A DNA stretch of 64,000 nucleotides from Bdellovibrionota bacterium (GCA_041740355.1 JBGSMD010000038.1:96001-160000); one strand, 5' to 3'. Shown: positions 41,824-53,151, numbered from the stretch's first letter. The notes: generated by a model not told the origin, from the sequence alone. A program made the numbers and translations.

Positions 41824-42192
41824 TTCGCGCAATTGATGCAAGGCTATTTTCTGGAATAGTAATCATCAAAAGTTGTACTAGATACTTTCTTAAAGTCAGC
41901 CTAATTAACTTGTTAATTAAACGCTGAATTAGTTTCAAGCGATCGAATAGTTTTGGTGAAATATTCCAAAAATACTGAGATTGTTTTCGCTACCAGAATT
42001 AAGAGAAAGATATACATTTAAACATTTGCGATTCGTGAATGTTTAAATGCGTGCAAAATCTTGGCTAGCCAAGTTTTGCCGTAGAGAACAAGGGAAACCT
42101 AACGAATAAGCGATCAAAGACGATTAGTCTTTGGCATGGCGGTTTATTTAATTACCTCGTTAGGTTTTAATTTTATTTGTTATTTAGGACTT

Positions 42193-42564
42193 ATGCCTAC
42201 TAAGAATCAATTGGTGCGTAATAGACGCCACCCGAAAATTGTTAAAACAAAATCTCCAGCTCTAAAAGGTTGCCCACAAAGACGTGGTGTTTGCACAAGA
42301 GTATACACTCAGACTCCAAAGAAGCCGAACTCAGCTTTACGTAAAGTTGCCCGTGTTCGTTTAACTAGTGGTTACGAAGTTACTGCCTATATTGGTGGTA
42401 TGGGACATAATTTACAAGAACACAGCGTGGTCTTGATTCGTGGTGGACGAGTTCCCGATCTACCAGGGGTTCGTTACCATATCATCCGCGGTAAATTAGA
42501 AGCACAAGGTGTTGATAAGAGAAGACAAGGTCGTTCTAAGTATGGTGCGAAGAAGCCTAAGTAG
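42193..42564 (+). CDS. rpsL: 30S ribosomal protein S12
   Basis: MPTKNQLVR (ATG 42193 after AGGA), [18 protein letters not shown]. Confidence 0.98.
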   Translation: MPTKNQLVRNRRHPKIVKTKSPALKGCPQRRGVCTRVYTQTPKKPNSALRKVARVRLTSGYEVTAYIGGMGHNLQEHSVVLIRGGRVPDLPGVRYHIIRGKLEAQGVDKRRQGRSKYGAKKPK

Positions 42565-42597
42565 TTTTAGTAAGATTTATTGAAGAAATAAAAAAAA

Positions 42598-43071
42598 ATG
42601 AGCAGAAAAGATAAAGATTATACTAGAGAAGTGCTACCAGATTCCAAATATGGTGATTTGGTTTTAGCTAAAGCGATCAACTCAATCATGTTGAGTGGGA
42701 AGAAAAGCGTTGCAGAAACAGCTTATTATAAGGCTTTTGAGATTATCAAGAAGCGTTCTAAGACTGAAGATGCCGTGGAATTCTTTCATCGCGCACTTAA
42801 TAATATTAAGCCAATTGCTGAAGTGCGTTCGCGCCGAGTCGGTGGTGCAACTTATCAAGTTCCAACAGAAGTTCGCAACGAAAGAGCACAAGCATTAGCT
42901 CTTCGTTGGTTAAAAGCTGCTTGTAACTCTCGCAGTGAGAAAACAGTATCAGAAAGATTAGCTGGTGAATTAATGGATGCTTACGATAATCGTGGCAATG
43001 CCGTTAAAAAACGAGAAGATACACACAAAATGGCTGAAGCTAACAAAGCTTTTGCTCACTTTAAATGGTAG
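42598..43071 (+). CDS. rpsG: 30S ribosomal protein S7
   Basis: [22 protein letters not shown]. Confidence 0.98.
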   Translation: MSRKDKDYTREVLPDSKYGDLVLAKAINSIMLSGKKSVAETAYYKAFEIIKKRSKTEDAVEFFHRALNNIKPIAEVRSRRVGGATYQVPTEVRNERAQALALRWLKAACNSRSEKTVSERLAGELMDAYDNRGNAVKKREDTHKMAEANKAFAHFKW

Positions 43072-43143
43072 ATTAATAGGTTGGTTATACTCAGTAAATA
43101 TTTAGCTGAGTATTGATTTTTAGATTTTTGTTAGAAAAGAACA

Positions 43144-45261
43144 GTGTCAAGTAAAAACGCATTTTCAGATTTAAGTAAAGTAAGAAATATTGGTATCATG
43201 GCTCACATTGATGCTGGTAAGACTACTACAACTGAACGTATCCTGTATTATACTGGTGTAAACTACAAGATTGGTGAAGTGCACGAAGGTGCTGCCACTA
43301 TGGATTACATGGAACTTGAACAGGAACGCGGAATTACTATTACATCTGCAGCAACTACTTGTAGCTGGTCAGGTTCAACTCTGCAGTACCCTGAACATCA
43401 AATCAATATTATTGACACTCCTGGTCACGTAGATTTCACTATCGAAGTAGAAAGAAGCTTACGCGTACTTGATGGTGCAGTAGCTGTATTTGATTCAGGT
43501 AACGGGGTAGAGCCACAGTCTGAAACTGTTTGGAGACAAGCAACTAAGTTTGGCGTTCCAAGAATTTGTTTCATTAATAAAATGGACAAAATTGGTGCTA
43601 ACTTTAACAAAGCTACCCAATCAATTCGTGATCGTTTAATGGCGATTGCAGTTCCAGTTCAATTACCTATTGGTGCAGAGTCAACTCTTGTTGGTGTGAT
43701 TGACCTTGTTGAGCAAAAAGCAATTATTTATGATGGGGAAACTCTTGGTGCTAAATATGAGTACAAAGAAATTCCTGATGATATGAAAGATGAAGCAGCA
43801 TCTGCTCGTGAGTATTTGTTTGAGGCTCTTGCTGAAACAAATGATGATTTCATGGATAAGTACATTGCTGGTGATACTGCTAATGTTACTCCTGCCGAGC
43901 TTCGTAAGTTAATTCGTGATGCAACACTTACTTGTAAATTCTTCCCTGTATTAGTTGGTAGCTCATTTAAGAATAAAGGTGTACAGCCTTTACTTGATGC
44001 CGTTATTGATTACTTACCATCTCCACTTGATGTTCCGCCAGTAATGGGTTCACCGCTTAACGCTAAGCCTGAAGAAATGGGAACTATCATGCGTAAGCCT
44101 GATATCAATGAGCCGTTTGCTGCATTAGCTTTCAAAATTATTACGGATCCGTACGTTGGGGTATTAACGTTTTTCCGAGTTTACTCAGGAAAAATTGAAG
44201 CTGGTACTCAAGTTCTTAACTCTACTCGTGGACAGAAAGAGCGTATTGGTCGAATCATGAAAATTCATGCAGATAAGCGTGAAGACGTAAAAGAAATTTT
44301 TGCTGGTCATATTGCTGCCGCTGTAGGTCTTAAAGAAGTAATCACGGGGGACACTCTTTGCGAACTTGCTAACCCTGTAGTGTTAGAAACTATTAATGCT
44401 CCAGACCCAGTTATTAGTGTGGCAATTGAGCCAAAAACTAAAGCTGATGAAGAGAAAATGGGTATGGCACTTTCTAAGTTAGCTAAAGAAGATCCATCTC
44501 TTAAATTAAGAACTGATCATGAAACTGGGCAGACTTTGATTGCTGGAATGGGTGAGTTACACCTTGATATCGTACAACAACGATTATTCCGTGAATTTAA
44601 AGTAGAAACTGTTACTGGTAAACCACAGGTAGCTTACCGTGAGGCATTACTTAAGAGTGTTGAACATAACTTCAGATATGCCAAGCAGTCTGGTGGTCGT
44701 GGACAATTCGCTGAAGTTTATTTGAAACTTGAGCCACAAGAAAGAGGTTTTGGTTTTGAGTTTGTTGACATGATTAAGGGTGGTACGATTCCTAAGGAAT
44801 TTATCCAACCGGTTAAGACAGGTATTGTTGAAGCTATGGCTGGTGGTGTTTTAGCAGGCTTCCCAATTATCGATTTGAAAGCAACTCTTTATGATGGTAG
44901 CTTCCATGAAGTTGACTCTAGTGAAATGGCTTTCAAAATTTGTGGATCGATCTGTTTCAAAGAAGGTTGTAACAAAGGGAAGATGGAATTGTTAGAGCCA
45001 ATCATGGCAGTTGAGGTAATTTGCCCTGACGATTTCATTAGTAACATCGTCGGCGATTTAAACCGCAGACGTGCTAGAATTATGGGTATGGATCCTCGTG
45101 CTGGAGCTCAAGCAGTTAATGCTCAAGTTCCATTATCAGAGATGTTTGGTTATTCCACAGATTTACGTTCAAGTTCACAAGGTCGTGCAACTTATACAAT
45201 GGAATATAGCCATTACGACGCTGTACCTACAAATATTGCTGAAGGAATGGCTAAAAAATAA
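43144..45261 (+). CDS. fusA: Elongation factor G
   Basis: [33 protein letters not shown]-like FHEVDSSE; GTG start. Confidence 0.98.
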   Translation: MSSKNAFSDLSKVRNIGIMAHIDAGKTTTTERILYYTGVNYKIGEVHEGAATMDYMELEQERGITITSAATTCSWSGSTLQYPEHQINIIDTPGHVDFTIEVERSLRVLDGAVAVFDSGNGVEPQSETVWRQATKFGVPRICFINKMDKIGANFNKATQSIRDRLMAIAVPVQLPIGAESTLVGVIDLVEQKAIIYDGETLGAKYEYKEIPDDMKDEAASAREYLFEALAETNDDFMDKYIAGDTANVTPAELRKLIRDATLTCKFFPVLVGSSFKNKGVQPLLDAVIDYLPSPLDVPPVMGSPLNAKPEEMGTIMRKPDINEPFAALAFKIITDPYVGVLTFFRVYSGKIEAGTQVLNSTRGQKERIGRIMKIHADKREDVKEIFAGHIAAAVGLKEVITGDTLCELANPVVLETINAPDPVISVAIEPKTKADEEKMGMALSKLAKEDPSLKLRTDHETGQTLIAGMGELHLDIVQQRLFREFKVETVTGKPQVAYREALLKSVEHNFRYAKQSGGRGQFAEVYLKLEPQERGFGFEFVDMIKGGTIPKEFIQPVKTGIVEAMAGGVLAGFPIIDLKATLYDGSFHEVDSSEMAFKICGSICFKEGCNKGKMELLEPIMAVEVICPDDFISNIVGDLNRRRARIMGMDPRAGAQAVNAQVPLSEMFGYSTDLRSSSQGRATYTMEYSHYDAVPTNIAEGMAKK

Positions 45262-45384
45262 TAACCTTTGTTTTGAGTGACTATTTTACTCAAAACTTCG
45301 GTAGGGAAGTAATTTAGCTAATCTTTTTATTTTAATTTCTGAATTTTTCAGAAAAGATTTTTTAAACTTTTAGGAGTACTTAAA

Positions 45385-46590
45385 ATGGCCAAGGGCGAAT
45401 TTAACCGTACAAAACCACACGTTAACGTGGGGACAATTGGTCACGTTGACCACGGTAAAACTACATTAACTGCATCAATCACTAAGGTTCAGTCAGACAA
45501 AGGTCTTTGTGACTATGTTCCTTACGATAAAGTGGCAGCCGCAGATGAAACTGCTGGTCGTCGTGATGCTACAAAAATTATTACAATTTCGTCTTCTCAC
45601 GTAGAGTATGAAACTGCATCTCGTCACTATGCTCACGTAGACTGTCCTGGTCACGCCGATTATGTAAAAAACATGATTACTGGTGCTGCTCAAATGGACG
45701 GAGCTATTCTTGTAGTAAGTGCTTCTGATGGACCAATTCCACAAACACGTGAGCATATTCTTCTTGCTCGCCAAGTAGGGGTTCCAAAGATTGTTGTTTT
45801 CCTTAATAAAGTAGACACAGTTGATGATGAAGAACTACTTGATCTTGTAGAAATGGAAGTTCGTGACTTATTAAATGAGTATGGATTCCCAGGTGATGAT
45901 ACTCCAATTATTCGTGGTTCTGCTCTAAAAGCAATCCAAGGTGAGAAAAGTGATATCGGTGTAGGTTCAATTGATAAATTGATGGACACAATTGATACAT
46001 TTATTCCAATTCCAGAGCGTTCTGTAGATTTACCTTTCTTGTTACCAATTGAAGACGTGTTCTCAATTGAAGGACGAGGAACAGTAGCAACTGGCCGTAT
46101 CGAAAGAGGAAAAATCAAAACTGGCGAAGAAATTGAAATCATCGGGCTAATGCCGACTAAGAAAACTACTTGTACAGGTGTTGAGATGTTCCAAAAAACT
46201 CTTAACGAAGGTCAAGCAGGGGATAACGTTGGTATGTTACTTCGTGGATTCAAAAGAAATGAAGTTGAGCGTGGTCAAGTAATTGCTAAGCCAGGTTCAA
46301 TCACTCCTCACACTAAGTTTAAAGCTGAAGCTTATATCTTGAAAAAAGAAGAAGGTGGACGTCATAAGCCTTTCTTTACTGGATACCGCCCGCAGTTCTA
46401 TTTCAGAACTACTGACGTAACTGGTACTTTGAATTTGGCAGCTGGTGTGGAAATGGCTATGCCAGGGGACAACGTTGCATTAGACGTAGAACTTCATAAG
46501 CCAATTGCTCTAGAGAAACAAGTACGTTTCGCTATCCGTGAAGGTGGCAGAACTGTAGGTTCTGGAGTTGTTACTGAAATTACTGAATAG
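45385..46590 (+). CDS. tuf: Elongation factor Tu with an atypical switch I region
   Basis: [44 protein letters not shown]. Confidence 0.98.
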   Translation: MAKGEFNRTKPHVNVGTIGHVDHGKTTLTASITKVQSDKGLCDYVPYDKVAAADETAGRRDATKIITISSSHVEYETASRHYAHVDCPGHADYVKNMITGAAQMDGAILVVSASDGPIPQTREHILLARQVGVPKIVVFLNKVDTVDDEELLDLVEMEVRDLLNEYGFPGDDTPIIRGSALKAIQGEKSDIGVGSIDKLMDTIDTFIPIPERSVDLPFLLPIEDVFSIEGRGTVATGRIERGKIKTGEEIEIIGLMPTKKTTCTGVEMFQKTLNEGQAGDNVGMLLRGFKRNEVERGQVIAKPGSITPHTKFKAEAYILKKEEGGRHKPFFTGYRPQFYFRTTDVTGTLNLAAGVEMAMPGDNVALDVELHKPIALEKQVRFAIREGGRTVGSGVVTEITE

Positions 46591-46602
46591 TAGTTTCAAA
46601 AC

Positions 46603-46645
46603 AGAGTGTTGTGGCTAATTAATTTTGTCACAACACTCTTATTTT
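46603..46645 (+). terminator. Hairpin/terminator after tuf
   Basis: AGAGTGTTGTGGC..GTCACAACACTCT then TATTTT. Confidence 0.55.
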
Positions 46646-46722
46646 GCCCATAATTAATGGGTCGTACTAAGAAACATACTACCTAAGTAGATGTTTCCGA
46701 TGGTGATACAAAGAGAAAAAAT

Positions 46723-47043
46723 ATGTTAGGAAATCAAAAGATTCGAATTAAACTTAAAGGTTACAACAGTAAGCAAGTAACAGGTGCAATTGAAGAGATT
46801 GTACAAACTGTTCGTCGCTCAGGTGGTAGAGTTGCCGGTCCAATTCCATTCCCAACTCATATCAAAAAGATTACTGTTCAGCGTTCTACATTCGTTGATA
46901 AAAAATCTCGTGATCAGTTTGAGATTCGTACGCATAAAAGAATGTTAGATATCTTAGAGCCAACTCAACAAACAATTGACGAGCTCAGTAAGTTAGAACT
47001 ATCAACAGGATTAAATGTTGAAATTAAATTATTAGCGGCTTAA
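46723..47043 (+). CDS. rpsJ: 30S ribosomal protein S10
   Basis: [22 protein letters not shown]. Confidence 0.97.
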   Translation: MLGNQKIRIKLKGYNSKQVTGAIEEIVQTVRRSGGRVAGPIPFPTHIKKITVQRSTFVDKKSRDQFEIRTHKRMLDILEPTQQTIDELSKLELSTGLNVEIKLLAA

Positions 47044-47082
47044 TACCAAAGAAGATTATAAAAGAGAGCAAAGGAGTTTGTT

Positions 47083-47802
47083 ATGACAACAAGAAAAAAT
47101 TTTCCAGAAGGTCTAATCGGGCGTAAGCTTGGTATGACACAAGTCTTTGATGAAGAAGGCGCTATCGTTCCAGTTACTATCCTAGAAATGGGTCCAAACG
47201 TAATTTTGGAAGTACTTAACTCAGAACGTAATGGTTATGATGCTGTACAATTAGGATTTGGTCCAAAAAAAGCACAGCGTGTTAGCAAGCCAGAAATGGG
47301 ACAGTTTAACAAAGCTGGCAAAGGTGCTTTCTATTGCGTACGTGAAATGCGTTGTGATGTGAACACTCTAGGTTGGAATTCATTAGGTCAAGAACTTAAT
47401 GTTGATGATGTATTTGTTGATAATGAATACGTTGATGTTACTGGCACAAGCCTTGGACGTGGATTTGCCGGTGTGTTCAAAAGACATCACATGAAAGGTC
47501 AGCCAATGACGCGTGGTACGCACGAAGTTCGTCGTCACACAGGTTCTATTGGTATGCGTAAAACTCCAGGTCGTGTATTCAAAAACCAGAGAATGCCAGG
47601 TCACATGGGGAATGCTCGTGTAACAATCCAAAACTTAAAAGTTTTTTCAGTTCGTCCAGAAGAGGGTTTAATCTTAGTACGTGGAAATGTACCTGGGCCT
47701 AAAGGATGTTTCGTTGAAGTAAGAAAAGCAATGAAGGCATTTACAGGTACTGTAAAAAGAGCTCCAAAAACTGCACCAGAAGCAACACAGGAAGCAGTAT
47801 AA
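47083..47802 (+). CDS. rplC: 50S ribosomal protein L3
   Basis: KLGMTQVF, VDVTG, GSIG, PGRV, MPGHMG, GNVPG. Confidence 0.97.
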   Translation: MTTRKNFPEGLIGRKLGMTQVFDEEGAIVPVTILEMGPNVILEVLNSERNGYDAVQLGFGPKKAQRVSKPEMGQFNKAGKGAFYCVREMRCDVNTLGWNSLGQELNVDDVFVDNEYVDVTGTSLGRGFAGVFKRHHMKGQPMTRGTHEVRRHTGSIGMRKTPGRVFKNQRMPGHMGNARVTIQNLKVFSVRPEEGLILVRGNVPGPKGCFVEVRKAMKAFTGTVKRAPKTAPEATQEAV

Positions 47803-47826
47803 TTAGATATTAATAGGGGATTTAAA

Positions 47827-48504
47827 GTGAACAGCGAAATTAAATACAATGTAGTCGATACCAAAGGCAAAGCTGCAGGGGATGTTACTCTTGATGCTAG
47901 CGTATTTGGAGTAGAAGTTGATCCAGGTATCATGCACCAAGTTGTGCGTTGGCAGTTAGCTAAGCGTCGTTCAGGTACGCATGCTACTAAGAACTTAGCT
48001 AAAACAGATAACAACAAGAAGAAACCTTACAAGCAAAAAGGTACTGGTCGTGCTCGTGCTGGTTCGCGATATGCAACTAACCGAGTTGGTGGAGCCGTTG
48101 CTCACGGACCACAGCCGCATGGTTATGACTATAAAGTTAATCGTAAGGTTAAACGCGCAGCAGTAGCTGGTGCTCTAACTGCTAAATGCCAAGAGAAAAG
48201 CCTTTGTATCGTTAAAGATTTAGCTTTGACATCACCAAAGACTAAAGAAATGCAGGCAATGATTACTGTTCTTAAGAATAACGCTAAGAAGGTATTAGTA
48301 GTTATCAGTTCAACTGATGCTTGTCGTGAGAAAGAATCTCAGATGACATTGGCTGGCAGAAATATTCAGAACTTAAAGTTTATCGCAGTAAGCGGTTTGA
48401 ATGCTTATGATGTTTTAAATGCCGATTGTTTGGTGTTTGATCAAGCATGCTTGCCGATGATTTCAGAAAAAGTATTAGGAGTTTCTGAAGTAGCAGCGGC
48501 ATAA
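47827..48504 (+). CDS. rplD: 50S ribosomal protein L4
   Basis: KP.KQKGTGRARAGS, HGPQP; GTG start. Confidence 0.96.
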   Translation: MNSEIKYNVVDTKGKAAGDVTLDASVFGVEVDPGIMHQVVRWQLAKRRSGTHATKNLAKTDNNKKKPYKQKGTGRARAGSRYATNRVGGAVAHGPQPHGYDYKVNRKVKRAAVAGALTAKCQEKSLCIVKDLALTSPKTKEMQAMITVLKNNAKKVLVVISSTDACREKESQMTLAGRNIQNLKFIAVSGLNAYDVLNADCLVFDQACLPMISEKVLGVSEVAAA

Positions 48505-48541
48505 TTTATTAGAAATTGATACTTATAAACAGGATAGAGAA

Positions 48542-48871
48542 ATGGCAATTAAAAAGAATGAAGAAGTTAACAAGCCAAAGCTTAAGGATTATCAAATAAT
48601 CATCGCTCCATTCATTACTGAGAAATCAGCTAATGTTGGTGGTAAAGATTATTCAGGTGTTGTTCTTAAAGTTGACCGTCGTGCTTCTAAATTAGATGTA
48701 AAAGAAGCAGTAGAGAAGATTTTCAAAGTTGAAGTTGCTGGTGTTAGAACATGTAACTACATTGGTAAATTAAAGAAAAGTGGTCGTTCTTCAGGACGTC
48801 GCGCGGCTTACAAAAAGGCTTATGTTAATTTGAAGCCTGGTTTTGAAATGAACATTTTTGAAGGACTATAA
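48542..48871 (+). CDS. rplW: 50S ribosomal protein L23
   Basis: [21 protein letters not shown]. Confidence 0.96.
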   Translation: MAIKKNEEVNKPKLKDYQIIIAPFITEKSANVGGKDYSGVVLKVDRRASKLDVKEAVEKIFKVEVAGVRTCNYIGKLKKSGRSSGRRAAYKKAYVNLKPGFEMNIFEGL

Positions 48872-48885
48872 GAGGACTAAAGACA

Positions 48886-49707
48886 ATGGCAATTAAAAAA
48901 TATAATCCAACCTCCCCAGCAAGAAGATACTTAACATCACTTGATCACTCGGACCTTAGTAAAGTTGCTCCGATGAAATCTTTACTTCAAGTTAAGAAAA
49001 AGTTTGGTGGACGTAACAACCAAGGACGTACTACAAACATCAACAAGGGTGGCGGCTGTAAACAAAAATATCGAATGATCGATTTCGCACGTAGCAAAAG
49101 AGATGTGCTAGGAACTGTTGCTACAATCGAATATGATCCAAACAGATCTGCTCGTATTGCACTTATTAATTATGCTGATGGTGATAAGCGTTATATTTTA
49201 GCACCAGACAAATTGACTGTTGGATGTAAAGTTCAAGCTGGTGAGTCTGCTACAATTGAAATTGGAAATAGTTTGCCACTTCGCAACATTCCAACTGGTC
49301 AAGAGATTCATGCTTTAGAATTAAAGATTGGTGCTGGTGCTAAGCTAGTTCGTTCAGCTGGTCTTTCTGCCCAGTTGTTAGCTAAAGAAGGTGACTATGC
49401 CACTCTTCGTATGCCATCAGGTGAGATGAGAAAAATTCACTTAAGCTGCTACGCAACTATTGGAAGAGTAAGTAATCCTGATCATAAAAACGTTACTATT
49501 GGTAAAGCTGGAAGATCCCGTTTAATGGGTCGTCGTCCACATAACCGTGGTATCAGTAAGAACCCGGTCGATCACCCAATGGGTGGTAGAACAAATGGTG
49601 GTAAACATCCATGTTCGCCAACAGGTGTTAATGCTAAGGGTCTTAAGACAAGACAGAATAAACTTACGAATAAATTTATTATTAAACGTAGAGTTAAGAA
49701 AAAGTAG
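48886..49707 (+). CDS. rplB: 50S ribosomal protein L2
   Basis: [34 protein letters not shown]. Confidence 0.98.
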   Translation: MAIKKYNPTSPARRYLTSLDHSDLSKVAPMKSLLQVKKKFGGRNNQGRTTNINKGGGCKQKYRMIDFARSKRDVLGTVATIEYDPNRSARIALINYADGDKRYILAPDKLTVGCKVQAGESATIEIGNSLPLRNIPTGQEIHALELKIGAGAKLVRSAGLSAQLLAKEGDYATLRMPSGEMRKIHLSCYATIGRVSNPDHKNVTIGKAGRSRLMGRRPHNRGISKNPVDHPMGGRTNGGKHPCSPTGVNAKGLKTRQNKLTNKFIIKRRVKKK

Positions 49708-49841
49708 ACTAACGTTTAAAATAGTAAGGTAATGATTGTTCATTACTAGCCGAGCTAAATAATAGGTCGGTGCAGCAAACACAGTGGTGAACCTTAGTTG
49801 TGTTTGGTTAAATGAAGTTCACAATAATTTAGGAGACTACA

Positions 49842-50117
49842 ATGCCAAGATCGTTAAAGAAAGGATTTTATGTTCAACCATGTTTGCAAAAATGGTTAGA
49901 TCGTTTGAAAGATGGAACTTACAAAGGCCCAGTAAAAACTTGGTCACGTCGTTCTACAATCACACCGGATATGATTGGGATCAACTTTATGGTTCATAAT
50001 GGGAAGAAGTTTATCCCAGTGTTTGTATCAGGTGATATGGTTGGTCATAAGTTGGGTGAATTTTCTCCAACAAGAACTTTTCATAACCACCCAGCTAAAT
50101 CAGGCGGAAAAAAATAG
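49842..50117 (+). CDS. rpsS: 30S ribosomal protein S19
   Basis: [30 protein letters not shown]. Confidence 0.98.
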   Translation: MPRSLKKGFYVQPCLQKWLDRLKDGTYKGPVKTWSRRSTITPDMIGINFMVHNGKKFIPVFVSGDMVGHKLGEFSPTRTFHNHPAKSGGKK

Positions 50118-50144
50118 TTTAGAGTTTAAGTATAGTGAGGCGTT

Positions 50145-50522
50145 ATGGCTGTTAAGAAGAATGTTAAAAAAATTAGAAATAAGGTTGTCGAAGTTATTGC
50201 TTCTGCCACTTTAAAGGGCGCTAAAGTATCTCCGCGTAAAACACGTTTAGTTGTTGATATGGTGCGTGATATGCAGGTAGAGAATGCCTTAAATACACTT
50301 AGCTATAGCACTCAAAAGCGCGCTGAGATTGTTCGTAAGGTTCTACAATCTGCTATTTACAACGCTAAAGAGAAAGGTGCTGATGTTGATGACCTTTGGG
50401 TTGTTGGAGCCTGGGTTGATGAAGGAACAGTTATGATGCGTTTTAAGCCGCGTGCTCGTGGTTCTGCTTTCCCAATTAGAAAGCGTTCTTCGCATATTAC
50501 GTTCGAAGTAGGTAAAATATAG
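50145..50522 (+). CDS. rplV: 50S ribosomal protein L22
   Basis: SPRKTRLV, SAIYNA, PRARG, SHIT. Confidence 0.97.
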   Translation: MAVKKNVKKIRNKVVEVIASATLKGAKVSPRKTRLVVDMVRDMQVENALNTLSYSTQKRAEIVRKVLQSAIYNAKEKGADVDDLWVVGAWVDEGTVMMRFKPRARGSAFPIRKRSSHITFEVGKI

Positions 50523-50664
50523 TTTAGTTAGAGGCGAATTAATTAGGGCAAAATATTGCTTTTAATTCAATAATAATTTAATATTACGTCCCCTTGTACA
50601 TGCTGTGAATTAGCATTTGGGAGGGGGGGTACAGTAGAGATTTTTTATAAAATTGTAAACAAAT

Positions 50665-51333
50665 ATGGGACAGAAAGTAAATCCTAAGGGAATTAGACTT
50701 GGTATTATCAATACATGGTCGTCCAGATGGTACTCAGACAAGAAGGAATACGGAAAATTCATTGGTGAAGACATCAAGATCCGTAAGTACGTTGAAGAGA
50801 AGTTAGCTGCTGCTTCTATTTCTAAAATCGAAATTGAAAGAGCTGCTGCTCGCTTAAGAGTAATTATCCACTCTGCTAAGCCAGGTTTGGTTATTGGTAA
50901 GAAAGGAAAAGATATTGACGATCTTAGAACTAAGCTTCGTAACTTAGTGAACAGAGAAGTTAGCTTAAACATCGTGGAAACACGTAAGGCTGATTCTAAT
51001 GCTCAGATTTTATCAGAGCACGTATCTTCTCAAATTAAGAGACGTATTAACTATCGTCGTGCTGCTAAAGACGCAATTTCTAAAGCCATGAGAATGGGTG
51101 CAGAGGGTGTGAAGGTTGCAGTTTCTGGACGATTGAACGGTGCAGATATTGCTCGTACAGAATTTTATAAAGAAGGAAGAATCCCACTTCATACATTCCG
51201 TGCTGACATTGAGTATGCGACTGCTCGTTCGCAAACAACTTATGGTGTAGTTGGAATTAAAGTTTGGGTGTTCAAAGGTGAGAAATTTGCTCCAGGTGAG
51301 GAAGTTTCTATGGAAGCAATGCAGCAGTTATAA
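50665..51333 (+). CDS. rpsC: 30S ribosomal protein S3
   Basis: MGQKVNP.GIRLG, PGLVIGKKG, GRIPLHT.RADI. Confidence 0.98.
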   Translation: MGQKVNPKGIRLGIINTWSSRWYSDKKEYGKFIGEDIKIRKYVEEKLAAASISKIEIERAAARLRVIIHSAKPGLVIGKKGKDIDDLRTKLRNLVNREVSLNIVETRKADSNAQILSEHVSSQIKRRINYRRAAKDAISKAMRMGAEGVKVAVSGRLNGADIARTEFYKEGRIPLHTFRADIEYATARSQTTYGVVGIKVWVFKGEKFAPGEEVSMEAMQQL

Positions 51334-51364
51334 TTACAAGATTACTTAATTAAAGGATTCGGAA

Positions 51365-51790
51365 ATGTTATCGCCAAAGAAAGTTAAATATCGAAAACAG
51401 CATAAGCAAGTAAGACATATCTTACAAAATGCTACTCGTGGAACTAAATTATCTCACGGTAATTATGGTGTTATGGCTCTTGAGCCAGCGTGGGCCTCTA
51501 ACCGTGTGTTAGAAGCAGGTCGCGTAGCGATTGCTAGAACAGCTAAGCGTGGTGGTAAACTTTGGTTAAAAGTTTTCCCTGATAAGCCATTAACTAAGAA
51601 GCCTGCTGAAGTTCGTATGGGTAAAGGTAAAGGATCTCAGGAAGCTTGGGTTGCTGAAATTCAAGCCGGTCGTATTGTTTACGAACTAACTGGGGTTGAT
51701 CGTGCAACTGCTTTAGAAGCTTACACACTTTGTGCTTCTAAATTGCCGTTTAAGTGCAAATTCGTAGAATTAAAAGACACTATTTTATAG
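51365..51790 (+). CDS. rplP: 50S ribosomal protein L16
   Basis: [30 protein letters not shown]. Confidence 0.98.
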   Translation: MLSPKKVKYRKQHKQVRHILQNATRGTKLSHGNYGVMALEPAWASNRVLEAGRVAIARTAKRGGKLWLKVFPDKPLTKKPAEVRMGKGKGSQEAWVAEIQAGRIVYELTGVDRATALEAYTLCASKLPFKCKFVELKDTIL

Positions 51791-51801
51791 TAGGAAACAT
51801 A

Positions 51802-52011
51802 ATGAAGAAGAAAGAATTTTTAGAAAAAATGGCAGGAATGGATTCAGCTGGATTGCATCAAGAGTTGCATGCTAAGGCTGACGAGATTTTGAAGTTACGT
51901 ATTAGACATGCTTCGAATCAGTTAGAAACTCCGCATCGCATTCGTGCTGAGCGTAAGAACTATGCCCGTATCCTAACTTTAAAGAACCAGAAAACTGATT
52001 CTACTAAATAG
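51802..52011 (+). CDS. rpmC: 50S ribosomal protein L29
   Basis: QLETPHRIR..RK..ARILT; ATG 51802 after AGGA; synteny. Confidence 0.92.
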   Translation: MKKKEFLEKMAGMDSAGLHQELHAKADEILKLRIRHASNQLETPHRIRAERKNYARILTLKNQKTDSTK

Positions 52012-52038
52012 TAAAAAGATAATTATAAAGATAATAAA

Positions 52039-52305
52039 ATGGAAACTAAAACAGCAGTAAAAAAGTTTAAACAAGGGCACGTAGTTAGCAACAAAATGGA
52101 AAAGACAGTTGTTGTTGCGATCGTTACTAAAGTTAAAGACAAAAGCTATGGTAAGTATGTCAAGAAAACTCACAAGTTTTTTGCACATGATGCCAAGAAC
52201 GTATGCCAGATTGGTGATATCGTTGAGATTATGGAAACTCGTCCACTTAGCAAAAATAAGAATTGGATAGTATCTAAAATCGTTGCTAAGGCTATTGGCG
52301 AATAA
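52039..52305 (+). CDS. rpsQ: 30S ribosomal protein S17
   Basis: G.VVSNKMEKTVVV, AHD, ETRPLSK.KNW. Confidence 0.97.
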   Translation: METKTAVKKFKQGHVVSNKMEKTVVVAIVTKVKDKSYGKYVKKTHKFFAHDAKNVCQIGDIVEIMETRPLSKNKNWIVSKIVAKAIGE

Positions 52306-52334
52306 GACGAATAAATTTTAATTAAGATAAGAAA

Positions 52335-52709
52335 ATGATTATTCCAAAATCAAGATTAACAGTAGCTGATAACTCAGGTGCCAAGAAATTAGTTTGTATC
52401 GGTATTCCTGGTAGCACTAAGAAAAGATGTGCCGGAGTAGGTGATATCATTCGTGTAGCTGTTAAAGAAGCTGCGCCAACTTCCAGTATCAAGAAAGGTG
52501 ATGTTAGAAAGGCTGTGATCGTTAGAACTAAAAAGACTATTCGTCGTAAAGACGGGTCTTACCTAAGATTCGACGAGAATAGTGCAGTTATTCTAAATAA
52601 TGATAAAGATAAAGACCCAATGGGAACACGTATCTTTGGACCAGTTGCTCGTGAATTAAGAGCAATGGGTTTTATGAAGATCGTATCTTTAGCTCCAGAA
52701 GTTTTATAG
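52335..52709 (+). CDS. rplN: 50S ribosomal protein L14
   Basis: [28 protein letters not shown]. Confidence 0.98.
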   Translation: MIIPKSRLTVADNSGAKKLVCIGIPGSTKKRCAGVGDIIRVAVKEAAPTSSIKKGDVRKAVIVRTKKTIRRKDGSYLRFDENSAVILNNDKDKDPMGTRIFGPVARELRAMGFMKIVSLAPEVL

Positions 52710-52723
52710 TTTAAGTAGGTAAT

Positions 52724-53131
52724 ATGCCAGCTAAGAAAATACATAAGAAATTAAGAAGCAACGTTCCAGCCCCAAGTCGTGCAATTAGCACTAAGCTTAA
52801 AGTCGGAGACATGGTAATGGTTATTGCCGGTGGTAACTCTGATAAAAGAGCAAACGTTGGTAAAACCGGAAGAATAAAGAGCTTTGGCGGATTCAATCGC
52901 GAGCGCGTGATTGTTGAAGGACTTAACTTGTTTACTAAACACAAGCGTCAAACAACAATGCAGGATAAAGCTGGAAAAATTATGATTGAAGCTCCAATTC
53001 ATATCTCTAACGTAATGTATTACGCCGAGAAAATTGCAGCTCCAGTTAAGCTTAAGACTAAAGTCTTGGCTGATGGAAAGAAAGTTCGTGGTTATAGTAG
53101 CCCGAAGGATAAGGAGTTCGTCCAAATTTAA
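52724..53131 (+). CDS. rplX: 50S ribosomal protein L24
   Basis: [25 protein letters not shown]. Confidence 0.96.
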   Translation: MPAKKIHKKLRSNVPAPSRAISTKLKVGDMVMVIAGGNSDKRANVGKTGRIKSFGGFNRERVIVEGLNLFTKHKRQTTMQDKAGKIMIEAPIHISNVMYYAEKIAAPVKLKTKVLADGKKVRGYSSPKDKEFVQI

Positions 53132-53151
53132 GCAGTATATATTATAAAGTC

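Noticed and set aside
42136-42192. N-terminal extensions of S12, L29, L6, L30 and UmuC given in the ORF track
   Set aside because: Longest-ORF artefacts; downstream ATGs match the conserved N-termini
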